The position numbers and the translations under genes are program-made. The notes below the pieces were generated by a model. The model was given only the letters and a program-made list of their open reading frames with translations, did not search any database and had not been told where the DNA came from. Source: a virus. From it: a DNA stretch of 64,000 nucleotides. Positions within the stretch are counted from its first letter, which is position 1. Every line of letters starts with the position of its first letter. Where the stretch lies: the IMG/VR virus record IMGVR_UViG_3300037222_000116, positions 1-64,000 of that record; one strand, written 5' to 3'. Shown one piece after another: positions 39,157-48,678 of the stretch.

Positions 39157-39761
39157 GCGCTGCCGTCCTGTTCGATGCGATTGCCCGTGGCGTTGAAGCC
39201 GCTCTCGACAACAAGACGACGCCCTACAAGGTCGGCGAGAAGCGTCCCTACAGCGAAGAGCGAGCGGACTTGTCTTCAAAGTGCCAGCGGCTCGTTGCGA
39301 TGGCGATTGGCGAGATGAATGCTGCCGCCAAGCAGTCCGATCGCGCCGCCAAGCAAGCCGGGCGTAAGTTCGTCAAGCCTGCGGGCGACCGTCGTCCTAC
39401 ACCCCCGCCGCGCTTCACCGAGCCGCGCGTCGCAGCGAGGCGTCCTGCGCGCAGCATCCCGGTGGTTGTCGAGGAGCAGATCGAGGTCGAAGACGAGGGA
39501 ACCGAGGCGCAACGCGTCTCGCCGTCGTTTCCCGCCAAGACGGCGGCGGCTGGTCAGCATGTGATGACCGGCGCAGGCGTGGAGCTGGAGGCCCTTGGTA
39601 GGGTGTCAGCCAAGAAGCCGGGGTCCTTTCTCTTCAAGCGCGGCGACGGCGCGATTCTCGCCATTCTCGCCGACACCATGATGGTCGAATGGCCGCAAGG
39701 CAACGGCGAAGTCGTCGAAGACGATGAAGAGCAGGCACCCCCGAACGGAGACGCCTCGTGA
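39153..39761 (+). CDS. hypothetical protein
   Basis: coupled ORF, 202 aa. Confidence 0.6.
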   Translation: MSAAVLFDAIARGVEAALDNKTTPYKVGEKRPYSEERADLSSKCQRLVAMAIGEMNAAAKQSDRAAKQAGRKFVKPAGDRRPTPPPRFTEPRVAARRPARSIPVVVEEQIEVEDEGTEAQRVSPSFPAKTAAAGQHVMTGAGVELEALGRVSAKKPGSFLFKRGDGAILAILADTMMVEWPQGNGEVVEDDEEQAPPNGDAS

Positions 39762-40882
39762 GCAATTCGATTACTCTTGTCGACGTCAATGATCCCAACT
39801 TCGTCGACTTCACGATCCCGTCGCCACCGCAGACCGACGTCGAGGCGTGTTTGCCCCTCGACGATGCCATCGACATCGCAGCGACGCATCTCGGTTTGCC
39901 GCTGCTCGGTGGCCCTTCCGGGCGCGGTTGGAGCTTCTACAGCGTCGCCCAGCTCTGCCCGCACCTGTTCAAGCAGACCTACGAACGCGGCGACGGAACC
40001 GAGCGCGGCAATCCCGCTGAGCCGCTTCAGATCGGCGGTATGTACCACGCGCTGCAAGCCTACTTCTATGCAGGTGGGCTCGGCGAGACATGGGCGCAGG
40101 ACCGTGGCCTCTGTCGAAGTGAATTCGCGGACGCCAAGACCGCCACCGGGCGCAAGCGCCAGCCGAAGCCCGGCGACGCCCAGCTCGTCAAAATCCCGCC
40201 GACAGCAGCCGATGATTTGCTCGCTCTCCTCAAGCGCATGGCCGAGGGCAAAGAAGACAAGCTGCTCGGTGGCGATGGCGTCAACGAGCCCAAGCGTCCG
40301 AGCATCAACTTCATTCTGATTGCTGAAAAAGCCTTCGATGCCCATACAGCCGAATGGGGAAGTCGCGAGGACATGACGCCGTTGGCGATCGAGTGGCTCG
40401 CGCGGCATCCGCTGACCGGCTACACCTGCCGCTACGACGCCATCATGCGCCTCGGGCCGAACGATCCGCTCGTCATCGCGCATTCCTACGACAAAGAGCC
40501 GACTCTCTTCAAAGAGGGCGGCGTGGTCGTCATGGAGCGCAAGACGGCTGCGTGGCTCGGTGAGGCAGCGATCGACGGCTGGACGCTCGATGGAGAAATC
40601 CTCGGCGAGATCATGTGCTGGAAGGCGAGCGGCTGTGAAAAGAAGTTCGGGCCGCTCGCGGGCGTGATTATTGACATCGTCAGCAAAGGCAAGAAGACCG
40701 ACTTTCACCGGATGGAAATCCCGGTTGCTCCCGGCAACGTCAAGCTGCACGAGAAGTGGCTGCGCTGGACTGACGGTCAAGTCCAGCTTTGGCGCGCGAC
40801 GGGAGCTTTCCCCAAGCACTTCAACTCGTGCTGGGGTAGGTACGGTCGCTGCCCCGAGTGGCACGCCTGCGTCAGTGGGTAA
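39758..40882 (+). CDS. PD-(D/E)XK exonuclease (RecB/Cas4-like)
   Basis: CP..F, G..YH, E...YD...ERKT; C-terminal C..C..C with N-terminal Cys (Fe-S staple pattern). Confidence 0.8.
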   Translation: MSNSITLVDVNDPNFVDFTIPSPPQTDVEACLPLDDAIDIAATHLGLPLLGGPSGRGWSFYSVAQLCPHLFKQTYERGDGTERGNPAEPLQIGGMYHALQAYFYAGGLGETWAQDRGLCRSEFADAKTATGRKRQPKPGDAQLVKIPPTAADDLLALLKRMAEGKEDKLLGGDGVNEPKRPSINFILIAEKAFDAHTAEWGSREDMTPLAIEWLARHPLTGYTCRYDAIMRLGPNDPLVIAHSYDKEPTLFKEGGVVVMERKTAAWLGEAAIDGWTLDGEILGEIMCWKASGCEKKFGPLAGVIIDIVSKGKKTDFHRMEIPVAPGNVKLHEKWLRWTDGQVQLWRATGAFPKHFNSCWGRYGRCPEWHACVSG

Positions 40883-41130
40883 GGGCAAGGGCAAGTATGC
40901 CCTGAAGCGAGGGCACAAGAGTTATCACCTTCCCGGTAAGGGAAGAGCAGGAAAGGGATTACGCATGTCGCGCGATGGCAAGCTCGAATTTGTCTGGGAC
41001 ATCGAGCGGCGTGAACGGCGCACGCGCTTGTTCTTCGCTGCCTGCTTCTTCGTGCTCATGCTCACGATCGCTGGCGGAATGCTCTACGTCGCGCTCACGG
41101 ATACGGACAACACACCTGCGGAGAAGACCA

Positions 41131-41979
41131 ATGCCTCGGATTGATATGAATGCCAAGCCCCACATCAAGACGAGCATGATCTTCGGCGGCTCGGGAGCAG
41201 GAAAGACGCACCTGTGCTGCACGTACCCGAAGCCCGCGTGGATCGGCAGCACGCGCGAAGAGGGATTCGTCACGATTCAGACGATGGATCGGGCGAACCT
41301 CTATGACCCCAAAGTGCCAGTGCAAATCTTCGGCGTCTCCTCGATGCTGGAGATGATGCGGGACTTCAATCAGTTCATCATCCCGCAGATCCGTGCGGGC
41401 AAGATCGAGACGGTCTGCGTTGAGTTGAGCTACTACACCAACGACGTCATCGACGCCGCGCCCGAAGAGGCGAACGGCTGGGTCAAGTACATGGCCCTGA
41501 TGAAGCACATCAACTTCATTGACAAGGTCATCAAGGCATTCCCGAATTGTCGGCTTGTCTACAATGCCCTGTCCGCGCCCGAGAAAGAGGTCGACAAGGC
41601 CCCGACCGGCATTCTCACGGCGGGCAAGGCGATTTCCAAGACCATTCCCGCGGCGACGTCGCTCTTCGGCTATCTGCGCACCGAAGACAAAGGCAACAGC
41701 GTCGTCGACCGCGTGCTTCACCTGACGACCTACGGCCCGTATATGTGCCGTCACAGGTTCGGCAACAAGCTCCCCCCGCTCGTGCGCAACCCGAGCTATC
41801 GCAAGCTGGAGCAGTTGTTGTCGGGCGAAATGACGGTCGATCACGAAGGCTATGTTGTCGCGCCGGGAAGTGTGGTAGCAATGCCACCGGCAAAGACGAT
41901 CGTGGCTGCTGCTCCCGCCAAGCTGCCCGACATCAACCTGCTCGACCCCGAGCCCCTTCCGCCGCTCGAATTGGATTAG
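41131..41979 (+). CDS. AAA_24 / Sak4-like ATPase
   Basis: Walker A GGSGAGKT; located between exonuclease and SSB-like genes. Confidence 0.75.
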   Translation: MPRIDMNAKPHIKTSMIFGGSGAGKTHLCCTYPKPAWIGSTREEGFVTIQTMDRANLYDPKVPVQIFGVSSMLEMMRDFNQFIIPQIRAGKIETVCVELSYYTNDVIDAAPEEANGWVKYMALMKHINFIDKVIKAFPNCRLVYNALSAPEKEVDKAPTGILTAGKAISKTIPAATSLFGYLRTEDKGNSVVDRVLHLTTYGPYMCRHRFGNKLPPLVRNPSYRKLEQLLSGEMTVDHEGYVVAPGSVVAMPPAKTIVAAAPAKLPDINLLDPEPLPPLELD

Positions 41980-42061
41980 AGCGAGGCGTAGGAAACCGAT
42001 TCTGTAATTCGTCTCTGGAGTAGTACCAGCAGTACAACGCCCACTGAGGAGAAATACCAAC

Positions 42062-43027
42062 ATGGCCGACAAGGACAAGCCTTCGCAGGACTTCGTGATG
42101 GACTTCGTGACGCCCGAGTACATGGCGTCGACGAAGACGGAAGACGGACGCGGCGGCGGTTTCGCGCGCGTCCCGGTCTGTGACTGCGCGCGCTTCAAGA
42201 TCGTCGACGCCGCGATCCAGCCCAAGGAAGGCGACAAGCCCCACAACATGCTCGCGCTGACGCTCGCGGTGCTCGCGCACCCCGACGCGAGTGCGGTCGG
42301 CATGAACACGAAGGTTCTCCTCGCGGGCTCCAAGGAAAGCCCCAAGTTCATGCGGGGGCGTCTCGCGCACTACATCAGCACGCTCAAGATCCCGCCCGGT
42401 CGCATCGCGCGGTCGGCGTGGATCGGTCGCGAGTTCGAGGGCTCCGTCGTCTGGGAGAAGGCCAAGCCCACGATGAACTCGCAGGGCGAGACGGTCATCT
42501 ACGTCAACGACCGCGTGTGCAACGAGCGCGCGTTCGGTGCCGAGGTCCCCAAGGGCTTCAACGCGGAGAAGGCGAGCGCCGAGGCCAAGAAGTACCTCGA
42601 TGCCAAGGACGGCGGCTCGCCGGGCGCGAACGTCGAGGGCGGCGGTGCGGCTCCGTGGGCTCCCGAGGGCAGCGCGCCGACCGAAGGCGCGACGGCGACG
42701 GTCGACGGCGCGGGTGCTGCGACCGGCACGACGGGCTTCAAGCCCGAGAGCGAGATCAACGACGACACGGTCTTCGCGTACCGTGCGGCGATCAAGCTCG
42801 ACATGAAGTCCAAGGAGACGGCGCGCGAGGCCCTCATCGGCATCGGCTTCGACCCGGACGGCCCGGTGGACAGCAGCAAGCTCAAGGGGACGATCAAGGC
42901 GAAGTACGACGCCAAGTTCCCCCCGCAGGCCGACGAGGACGAGCTGCCCGCGCTTGGCGGCGCGAACGGCGCGGCGACGGCTGCCAAGACCGGCACGCGC
43001 ACCAAGCCCGCGGGCGCGACCGCGTAG
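42062..43027 (+). CDS. ssDNA-binding protein candidate
   Basis: strong RBS and codon bias; OB-like N-terminal pattern; flexible tail; gene context. Confidence 0.55.
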   Translation: MADKDKPSQDFVMDFVTPEYMASTKTEDGRGGGFARVPVCDCARFKIVDAAIQPKEGDKPHNMLALTLAVLAHPDASAVGMNTKVLLAGSKESPKFMRGRLAHYISTLKIPPGRIARSAWIGREFEGSVVWEKAKPTMNSQGETVIYVNDRVCNERAFGAEVPKGFNAEKASAEAKKYLDAKDGGSPGANVEGGGAAPWAPEGSAPTEGATATVDGAGAATGTTGFKPESEINDDTVFAYRAAIKLDMKSKETAREALIGIGFDPDGPVDSSKLKGTIKAKYDAKFPPQADEDELPALGGANGAATAAKTGTRTKPAGATA

Positions 43028-43041
43028 TCAGCAACGATGAA

Positions 43042-43076
43042 CGGGAGCACCACGCCTCGCCCGCGTGGTGCTCCCG
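43042..43076 (+). terminator. terminator-like hairpin
   Basis: CGGGAGCACCACGC / GCGTGGTGCTCCCG 14-bp stem followed by T-rich run. Confidence 0.65.
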
Positions 43077-43100
43077 GTTGTACTTTCTCTCGCTGGGGAG

Positions 43101-43580
43101 ATGAATCTGATGCCGCCTTGGTCGGCGCGTGAGCTGAAGGACGCTATCGTTGCGCGAACTGCCGTCGAAACCGGGATGAATGTTCTCGGTGGCGAGCTGC
43201 GCAAGCAGTTGCGGCTCGCGCTCGATTGGATCGATCGGCAGCATTCGGCTCTTGTAGAAGCTGGTGAGAACGCTCAGCTCAAGCAGCGCGTGCGCGCGCT
43301 GCAAGATCAAGTCAACATGCTTGAAGCCGAGAAGAGCGGCGTCGAGAAGCAGCTTCTTGAATCGTATGAAAATCGCAATCGCGAGATTCAGGCAGCGCTG
43401 GCACGCCACGATCGATCGCAAATTACGAACGCCAGCGTCGCGCAGTTGCTCGCGCTCCAAGAAGACCACAAGAGACTGCGCGACAAGCTCGGTGTGGGCT
43501 TATACGACTGGTCGATGACCGACGGCCTGCCGTGGTGGGAAACCCATCCGGGGCTCTCTCGTACTTCTGGAGGGAAGTGA
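43101..43580 (+). CDS. coiled-coil hypothetical protein
   Basis: GGGGAG upstream; heptad pattern. Confidence 0.55.
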   Translation: MNLMPPWSARELKDAIVARTAVETGMNVLGGELRKQLRLALDWIDRQHSALVEAGENAQLKQRVRALQDQVNMLEAEKSGVEKQLLESYENRNREIQAALARHDRSQITNASVAQLLALQEDHKRLRDKLGVGLYDWSMTDGLPWWETHPGLSRTSGGK

Positions 43581-43585
43581 ATTCC

Positions 43586-43840
43586 ATGGCGAGTTGCAAA
43601 GTGTGTCTCGAACACCTGCGCAAAGATGGCACCTGCAAATGGGCTTGTGATCCAAAGCTCGCCAATCCATTCAAGCGCACACGCCCTGTCGGCGTCAAAG
43701 AAGTGCCTGCTGACCAGCGCGGCGCAACGTTCTCGGTGGCAGAGCGACAGAACATGAGCAACGCGGTCGCCAAGGTCGACAAGACCTACGCGAGCTGGAG
43801 CAATGAGATTCTTGCCCGGAAGAACCACGGCTCACGGTGA
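43586..43840 (+). CDS. small Cys-containing protein
   Basis: CKVC...CKWAC; coupled to polymerase. Confidence 0.5.
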   Translation: MASCKVCLEHLRKDGTCKWACDPKLANPFKRTRPVGVKEVPADQRGATFSVAERQNMSNAVAKVDKTYASWSNEILARKNHGSR

Positions 43841-46836
43841 GCACGGCAGTCGCTACGCCTGTTGTTCGCCTGACCGTCTTGCAGAAGCGTCTGCTCGATG
43901 ACGGGGCGAGATGCTGGGAGTGTCCTCTAGGGCGCGACGGCGCTCCATCCAAGCCTGTAGCTACACAATGGCACAGCAATGGTTCGCCAGCGTTGGCCTT
44001 GGTAGGGGAAGCGCCCGGCAGGAGAGAATGTCAAGTAGGTGCCCCATTCGTCGGCGCGAGCGGAAAAATGCTCGATACGGTCTTGAATCAGACCGAGATC
44101 CCACGAAACCAAATCGCCATCCTGAACTGCGCTGCTTGCGGTCCAATCCCATCTGCGGCTGACGACATCAAGCGTCGTGCGGTCGAAGCGTGCAGGCCGC
44201 GCCTGCTCGCTGAGCTGAACAGGCTTCAGCCCAAAGTCATTCTTGGGCTCGGTGCGAGCGCCCTGAAGTCTCTCTCGCCACAGCAGAAGAGCGGCATTAC
44301 CGTCCTGCGCGGTGCAATGCTGGACTTAGGTACTGACGTCGCGACCAAGTGGAAGCCGTCAGGCTTCTTTACAACTTTTCATCCGGCGCACATTCTTCGA
44401 GGCGGTGACGCCGAGGCCGAGGGACCGGGAGACGAGGGAAGCAGCGCCGTAGACCTCCTGTTCTACTTCTTCCTGTACGACGTCCTGAAGGCGTGGAACG
44501 TCGCGCAGGGCCTTGCGTCACCGTGGCGCGACGAATGTGACCTGTTCGTCCACAGTGAAGAAGGCAAGCTGTTTCGGGCGACGACCAATGCCACTGGCGC
44601 AGGCGTCGTTGGAGACGAAGCACACGCCGACGAGCTGATTGCTGCCGCACAGCGCCTCGCCGACGAAGCGCGTACCGAGGGCCGCTTTGCCTGCGACGTC
44701 GAGACAGACGGCAAGAATTCACTTCTCGCCAACCTGACTGCCATCGGCTTCGCGACGACGTTGGGCGGCTTGAGTGCGACGTGGGAGGCATGGCAGCGCG
44801 TACCGCAGGCGCTCGGGATCATGCGCGAACTGCTCGCTGATCCACATATCCACATCGTTTTCCACAACCGGACCTACGACACCTGTGTCCTGCCACGACA
44901 CGAGCTGCCGGTGCTCGGCATCGTCGACGACACGTTGCTCTTTCACCATGCAGCGTTCCCCGGCCTGCCACACAAGCTCGACCAAGTAGCCACGCAGTTT
45001 CTCATCACGCCGCCGTGGAAAAACGAATTCCGAAAGGGCACAAAAGACTTCGCGACGTTGGTGCTTTACAACTTCAGAGACGCGCACGCGACAGCATTGT
45101 TGGTTGGGCCGTTGATCAACATGATCAAGGCCCACAAGACCGAGAAGGTCTACGAAGTCGACCGCCAGTGTGCGGGCGTCGCGACCGAGATGCGCAAGAT
45201 CGGCTTCTACGTCGATCGCGTCGAGCAGAAGCGACATAGCGACATTCAGCACGCCCGCCTCAAGTACATGCGGGAGTCGTTGACCAAGAGCTTCACGGAC
45301 ATCGCTGAGCCATGGCGCGTCCAGCTCGCCAAGAACAACGCCAACAAAGTCAGGAAAAAAGACCCCGAGAGCTATCTCGACCGGGTTGCGATTCGCTATC
45401 GCGAGATCGCCGAGCGAGAGAAGAAGCCGACAGACATCGGCTTCTTCAAGCCCAAAGCCAAAGCAGACATCGTCGCTCTCTTTGAAGTGCTCAGGATTCC
45501 CTTCACGGCGTACACGAGTAAGGGCGCTCCGATCACAGACAAGAACGCAATGGAGCTGGCATCGATGCGCCACCCGTTGCTGCGGCAGTTGATTGACCTA
45601 CGAGAAGCGCAGCAGTTGCTCGCGACCTACATCGACGGTCTGCCAGTGATGTTCGATGGACGCCTGCACCCTGATTGGAGCGTGAATAAAGTCACTGGAC
45701 GATGGTCTGCTGGGAAAACCCAGAACGTCCCCAAGCAGGTGAGTAGCTGGCCCCCGGAGACGAATGACGATGGGACTTGGAAGAGGAAGAAAAAAGGCGC
45801 GTACATCACGCCGATCGAGAACCCGCGCTCGATTGTCTGCGCGCCGAGTGCGGCTCAAATTCTGTCACTCGGCTCGAAAGCGCATCCCGAAGTCCTGAGT
45901 CGTGCTCTCGAAGGCTACAGGCGTATGCTCTTCGGAGCTGACTCAGCCCAACAAGAGCTGCGCATCGTCGCGCTGATCAGTGGTGACAAGTTCCTGCTGG
46001 ACATCTTCAATCGTGGCGAAGACCCGCACGCCGCCTTCGCGCGAATCGCTTTCCCGAAGGTCTTTCCTCAGATCGAAGCTGAGCTGGCGAAGCACGGCGT
46101 CAAGCCCAAGGACACAGCATTCACCAAGAAGAAGATTGCTGAAGCGCAGAACGACATCGAGCGGGCGCATTGGAATGCTGTGCTGCGGCTTCAGAAGAAT
46201 TGGAGCAAGCTCCGCGACGTCTCGAAGAACGGCGAGTTCGGCTGCATCTACGGCGCAGGAGCCATGAAGATTTACGAGACATGGCGCATGCGTCTGCCCG
46301 ACGAGGAGACGCTGACTCTGTCTGATGCCGAGGCATTCTTCGAGACGTGCAACCGAGTGCTGGAGGGAGTCAACCGCTGGCGCAATCGGATGGAGACAGA
46401 CGCGAGATTGCGAAGAGAGATCCGAGAGGTCTTGGGATACCGGGTTCGACTCTTCCCGCTCGGGCACTTCAATCCCAATATCTGTTACAACTTCCCGGTC
46501 CAAGCCTTCGGCGCATCGTTGATTGCGAGGGCTATCTTCCGGTTCGTGGCGCTGACGCAGCCGTCGTGGCTCAACCTCGGGATGCTCTACAAGAACGGCC
46601 TGCTCGATGCCAAGTGGGTGAGTGACAGAAGAGCCGAGGGCTATGGTGATTGGAAGGCTCCTGTGTGGCTGTTGATCAACGGCCACGATTCACTGGTCGG
46701 TGAATGCGACGAGGAGGACGCTGCCAAAGCCGCCAAGCTGCTAGAGCTGGCAATGACGATGCGCGTGAACATCGGCGACGCGTCGATTCTCTTTCCCGCC
46801 GAGCCTGACGTCGGCGTTCGTTGGTCGGAGGTTTGA
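43837..46836 (+). CDS. polA: uracil-DNA glycosylase (family 4-like) fused to family A DNA polymerase
   Basis: GEAPG..E...PFVGASG, TFHPA; exo DVET, HN..YD, YN..DA; pol motifs DSAQQELR, RDVSKNGEFGCIYG, GHDS. Confidence 0.9.
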   Translation: MSTAVATPVVRLTVLQKRLLDDGARCWECPLGRDGAPSKPVATQWHSNGSPALALVGEAPGRRECQVGAPFVGASGKMLDTVLNQTEIPRNQIAILNCAACGPIPSAADDIKRRAVEACRPRLLAELNRLQPKVILGLGASALKSLSPQQKSGITVLRGAMLDLGTDVATKWKPSGFFTTFHPAHILRGGDAEAEGPGDEGSSAVDLLFYFFLYDVLKAWNVAQGLASPWRDECDLFVHSEEGKLFRATTNATGAGVVGDEAHADELIAAAQRLADEARTEGRFACDVETDGKNSLLANLTAIGFATTLGGLSATWEAWQRVPQALGIMRELLADPHIHIVFHNRTYDTCVLPRHELPVLGIVDDTLLFHHAAFPGLPHKLDQVATQFLITPPWKNEFRKGTKDFATLVLYNFRDAHATALLVGPLINMIKAHKTEKVYEVDRQCAGVATEMRKIGFYVDRVEQKRHSDIQHARLKYMRESLTKSFTDIAEPWRVQLAKNNANKVRKKDPESYLDRVAIRYREIAEREKKPTDIGFFKPKAKADIVALFEVLRIPFTAYTSKGAPITDKNAMELASMRHPLLRQLIDLREAQQLLATYIDGLPVMFDGRLHPDWSVNKVTGRWSAGKTQNVPKQVSSWPPETNDDGTWKRKKKGAYITPIENPRSIVCAPSAAQILSLGSKAHPEVLSRALEGYRRMLFGADSAQQELRIVALISGDKFLLDIFNRGEDPHAAFARIAFPKVFPQIEAELAKHGVKPKDTAFTKKKIAEAQNDIERAHWNAVLRLQKNWSKLRDVSKNGEFGCIYGAGAMKIYETWRMRLPDEETLTLSDAEAFFETCNRVLEGVNRWRNRMETDARLRREIREVLGYRVRLFPLGHFNPNICYNFPVQAFGASLIARAIFRFVALTQPSWLNLGMLYKNGLLDAKWVSDRRAEGYGDWKAPVWLLINGHDSLVGECDEEDAAKAAKLLELAMTMRVNIGDASILFPAEPDVGVRWSEV

Positions 46837-47113
46837 ACATGGTCGAATACGCGGCTACCGGAGTTGTTGTTGGTGGGTTCGGCTTTGTGGAAGTCCACGT
46901 TCCGCGAACCGAGAAGCACATGAGCGAGTGCTATGCACTGGTAGAGATTCATAGGGCGAATCGGCGCGCTGATGGCGTTGAAGAATGGGAAGTTACTTTG
47001 GTGGCTGGCGATCGAACGGTTCTTTGGGTTCCGAAGAACAAGGTCTTTACCCGACGAGCGTTCTAATCAAGATGACCTATGCAGGCATCTTCGATGCAGA
47101 GGGGATTGAGGGC

Positions 47114-47719
47114 ATGGCGAGAGCGAACTACAGCGAAGACGGCAACAGCGACAACGTTCACGTCAACTCGCATGAGCGTGAGCTTGCAATCGTCCGCGCC
47201 TTTGCTCCCATTGGCTTAGACCCATGCTCGAACATTCACAGTACGGTCAAGGCTCGTGTCGAGTGGTTTGGACCTCGGGCGACGTGGCCGAACATCTGTG
47301 AGGATTGCTTTGGCACGGGCAAGCTGCTCGGTGGTGTCGAATGCGAATGTCAGTTTGACATCCACGCCGTCGACGGACTACAAAGCGATTGGAAGAGTGT
47401 CCTGCAACCCGGCGAAATCGCTTATGTAAATCATCCTTACGGCAAGTACTGCAAGCCGTGGGTGGCGAAGATGAACGAGGAAGGCGACAAGGGCACCGAA
47501 AGCGTTTCGCTGACGCCGGGCAGGTTCGATACGCAGTGGTTTCGGTCTGCTCGACCGGCATTGATTTGCTGGTATGGTCGTCGGGTGGCCTTCGTCGACA
47601 ACGTGCTCAGGATTGGCATGAAGGACTCTGCCAAGTTCCCTTCGGTCTTCCTCTATTGGGGCAAGCGCGTCGACGAGTTCGAGCAGCACTTCAAGCAGTA
47701 TGGCAAGGTGACGACGTGA
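47114..47719 (+). CDS. phage DNA N6-adenine methyltransferase
   Basis: GLDPCS, DGL..W, YVNHPYG (NPPY-like), RFDTQWF, RVAF, FPS. Confidence 0.75.
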   Translation: MARANYSEDGNSDNVHVNSHERELAIVRAFAPIGLDPCSNIHSTVKARVEWFGPRATWPNICEDCFGTGKLLGGVECECQFDIHAVDGLQSDWKSVLQPGEIAYVNHPYGKYCKPWVAKMNEEGDKGTESVSLTPGRFDTQWFRSARPALICWYGRRVAFVDNVLRIGMKDSAKFPSVFLYWGKRVDEFEQHFKQYGKVTT

Positions 47720-47945
47720 GAATCACAGACGTTCACCTTTGGACTCATTGGACGAGCCCGCTGCACTGTACGTTGGAGATTGCTGGCATTCACATCGGCC
47801 TGCATTGGTGTCTGCCGTGGGCCTATGCCATAAGCAAAGCGTCTGCGCTTCCGTGGCGCTTGTGGGTCTACTCTGAGGCTCACGGGTCTGATTCGTTCTA
47901 CTGGCGCGTGCTCGGCTTGGAAATCAACATCCCGTTGGACCAGTC

Positions 47946-48056
47946 GTGAAGTACGTCTCGGCATTGAGTGGCGGCAAGGACTCCGTCGCCATGACCTCGT
48001 GGGCAATCCGCACGGGACTCAATCCAATGCAGGCTTGTCGACGATGGGGCCGTTGA
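47946..48056 (+). pseudogene. N-terminal remnant of PP-loop (PAPS reductase-like) gene
   Basis: MKYVSALSGGKDSVAM then early stop within convergent gene. Confidence 0.6.
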
Positions 48057-48585
48057 CGTCGTGGAAGGGGCGGGTGTGGATGCCGCCGTCGCCGCGCCAC
48101 GTTCCGGGGTAGGAGGGATGGAAGCTGGGGTAGGCATCAGCGATCACGTTCTCGAACTCGGCGTCGACAACTTCGCCGGGCTCGATGACGGGCAGCGCGT
48201 GCTTCTCGCACAGGTGCGCGCGGCGGGTGCGTGTCGCGCCGATGTTGTAGATGCGCGAGCGCAGCGGTGCAGGTGGCTCTTTCTCCATGGCGCTCTGGAG
48301 TGCCGCCATGGCCTTCTGGATGATCGTCCTGCCTTCGGGTGTCGCGGCGAACGCCGCGAGGTCGGGGTCAGCTTGCAAGGCCGCGCCGACGACCCCTGCG
48401 TAGTCCATGAAGGCACGCGCGAGCCCGCCGATGGTCGGCTCAGGCGGCGTGTACGGCTCCTCGATCTCGACGGTGTGCCAGCCGGGCGGCGTCTTGCCGT
48501 GCTGGTGGTTGAAGCAGCCGCCCGATGGTCCTCTCGTGGGCACGGCACTCGTGCAGTCTTTCGCGTCGCATTTGAGCATCAGCAT
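48019..48585 (-). CDS. hypothetical protein
   Basis: GGAG RBS; CDAKDC ... HLCEKH. Confidence 0.6.
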   Translation of the reverse strand: MLMLKCDAKDCTSAVPTRGPSGGCFNHQHGKTPPGWHTVEIEEPYTPPEPTIGGLARAFMDYAGVVGAALQADPDLAAFAATPEGRTIIQKAMAALQSAMEKEPPAPLRSRIYNIGATRTRRAHLCEKHALPVIEPGEVVDAEFENVIADAYPSFHPSYPGTWRGDGGIHTRPFHDVNGPIVDKPALD

Positions 48586-48678
48586 GGTATCTCCGTTGTC
48601 TCCATTGAGTACGGCAAGGTGACGATGTGAGCATGGTGTTGCAAAAGTAGCACGGGCACAGTAGCGTCCGCATCACAA

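Noticed and set aside
39758-40882. Cas4 of a CRISPR system
   Set aside because: Context (AAA_24, SSB-like) indicates a phage recombination nuclease; no array
41131-41979. Genome-packaging ATPase
   Set aside because: Context and motifs fit AAA_24/Sak4-like recombination ATPases rather than FtsK/A32 or terminase
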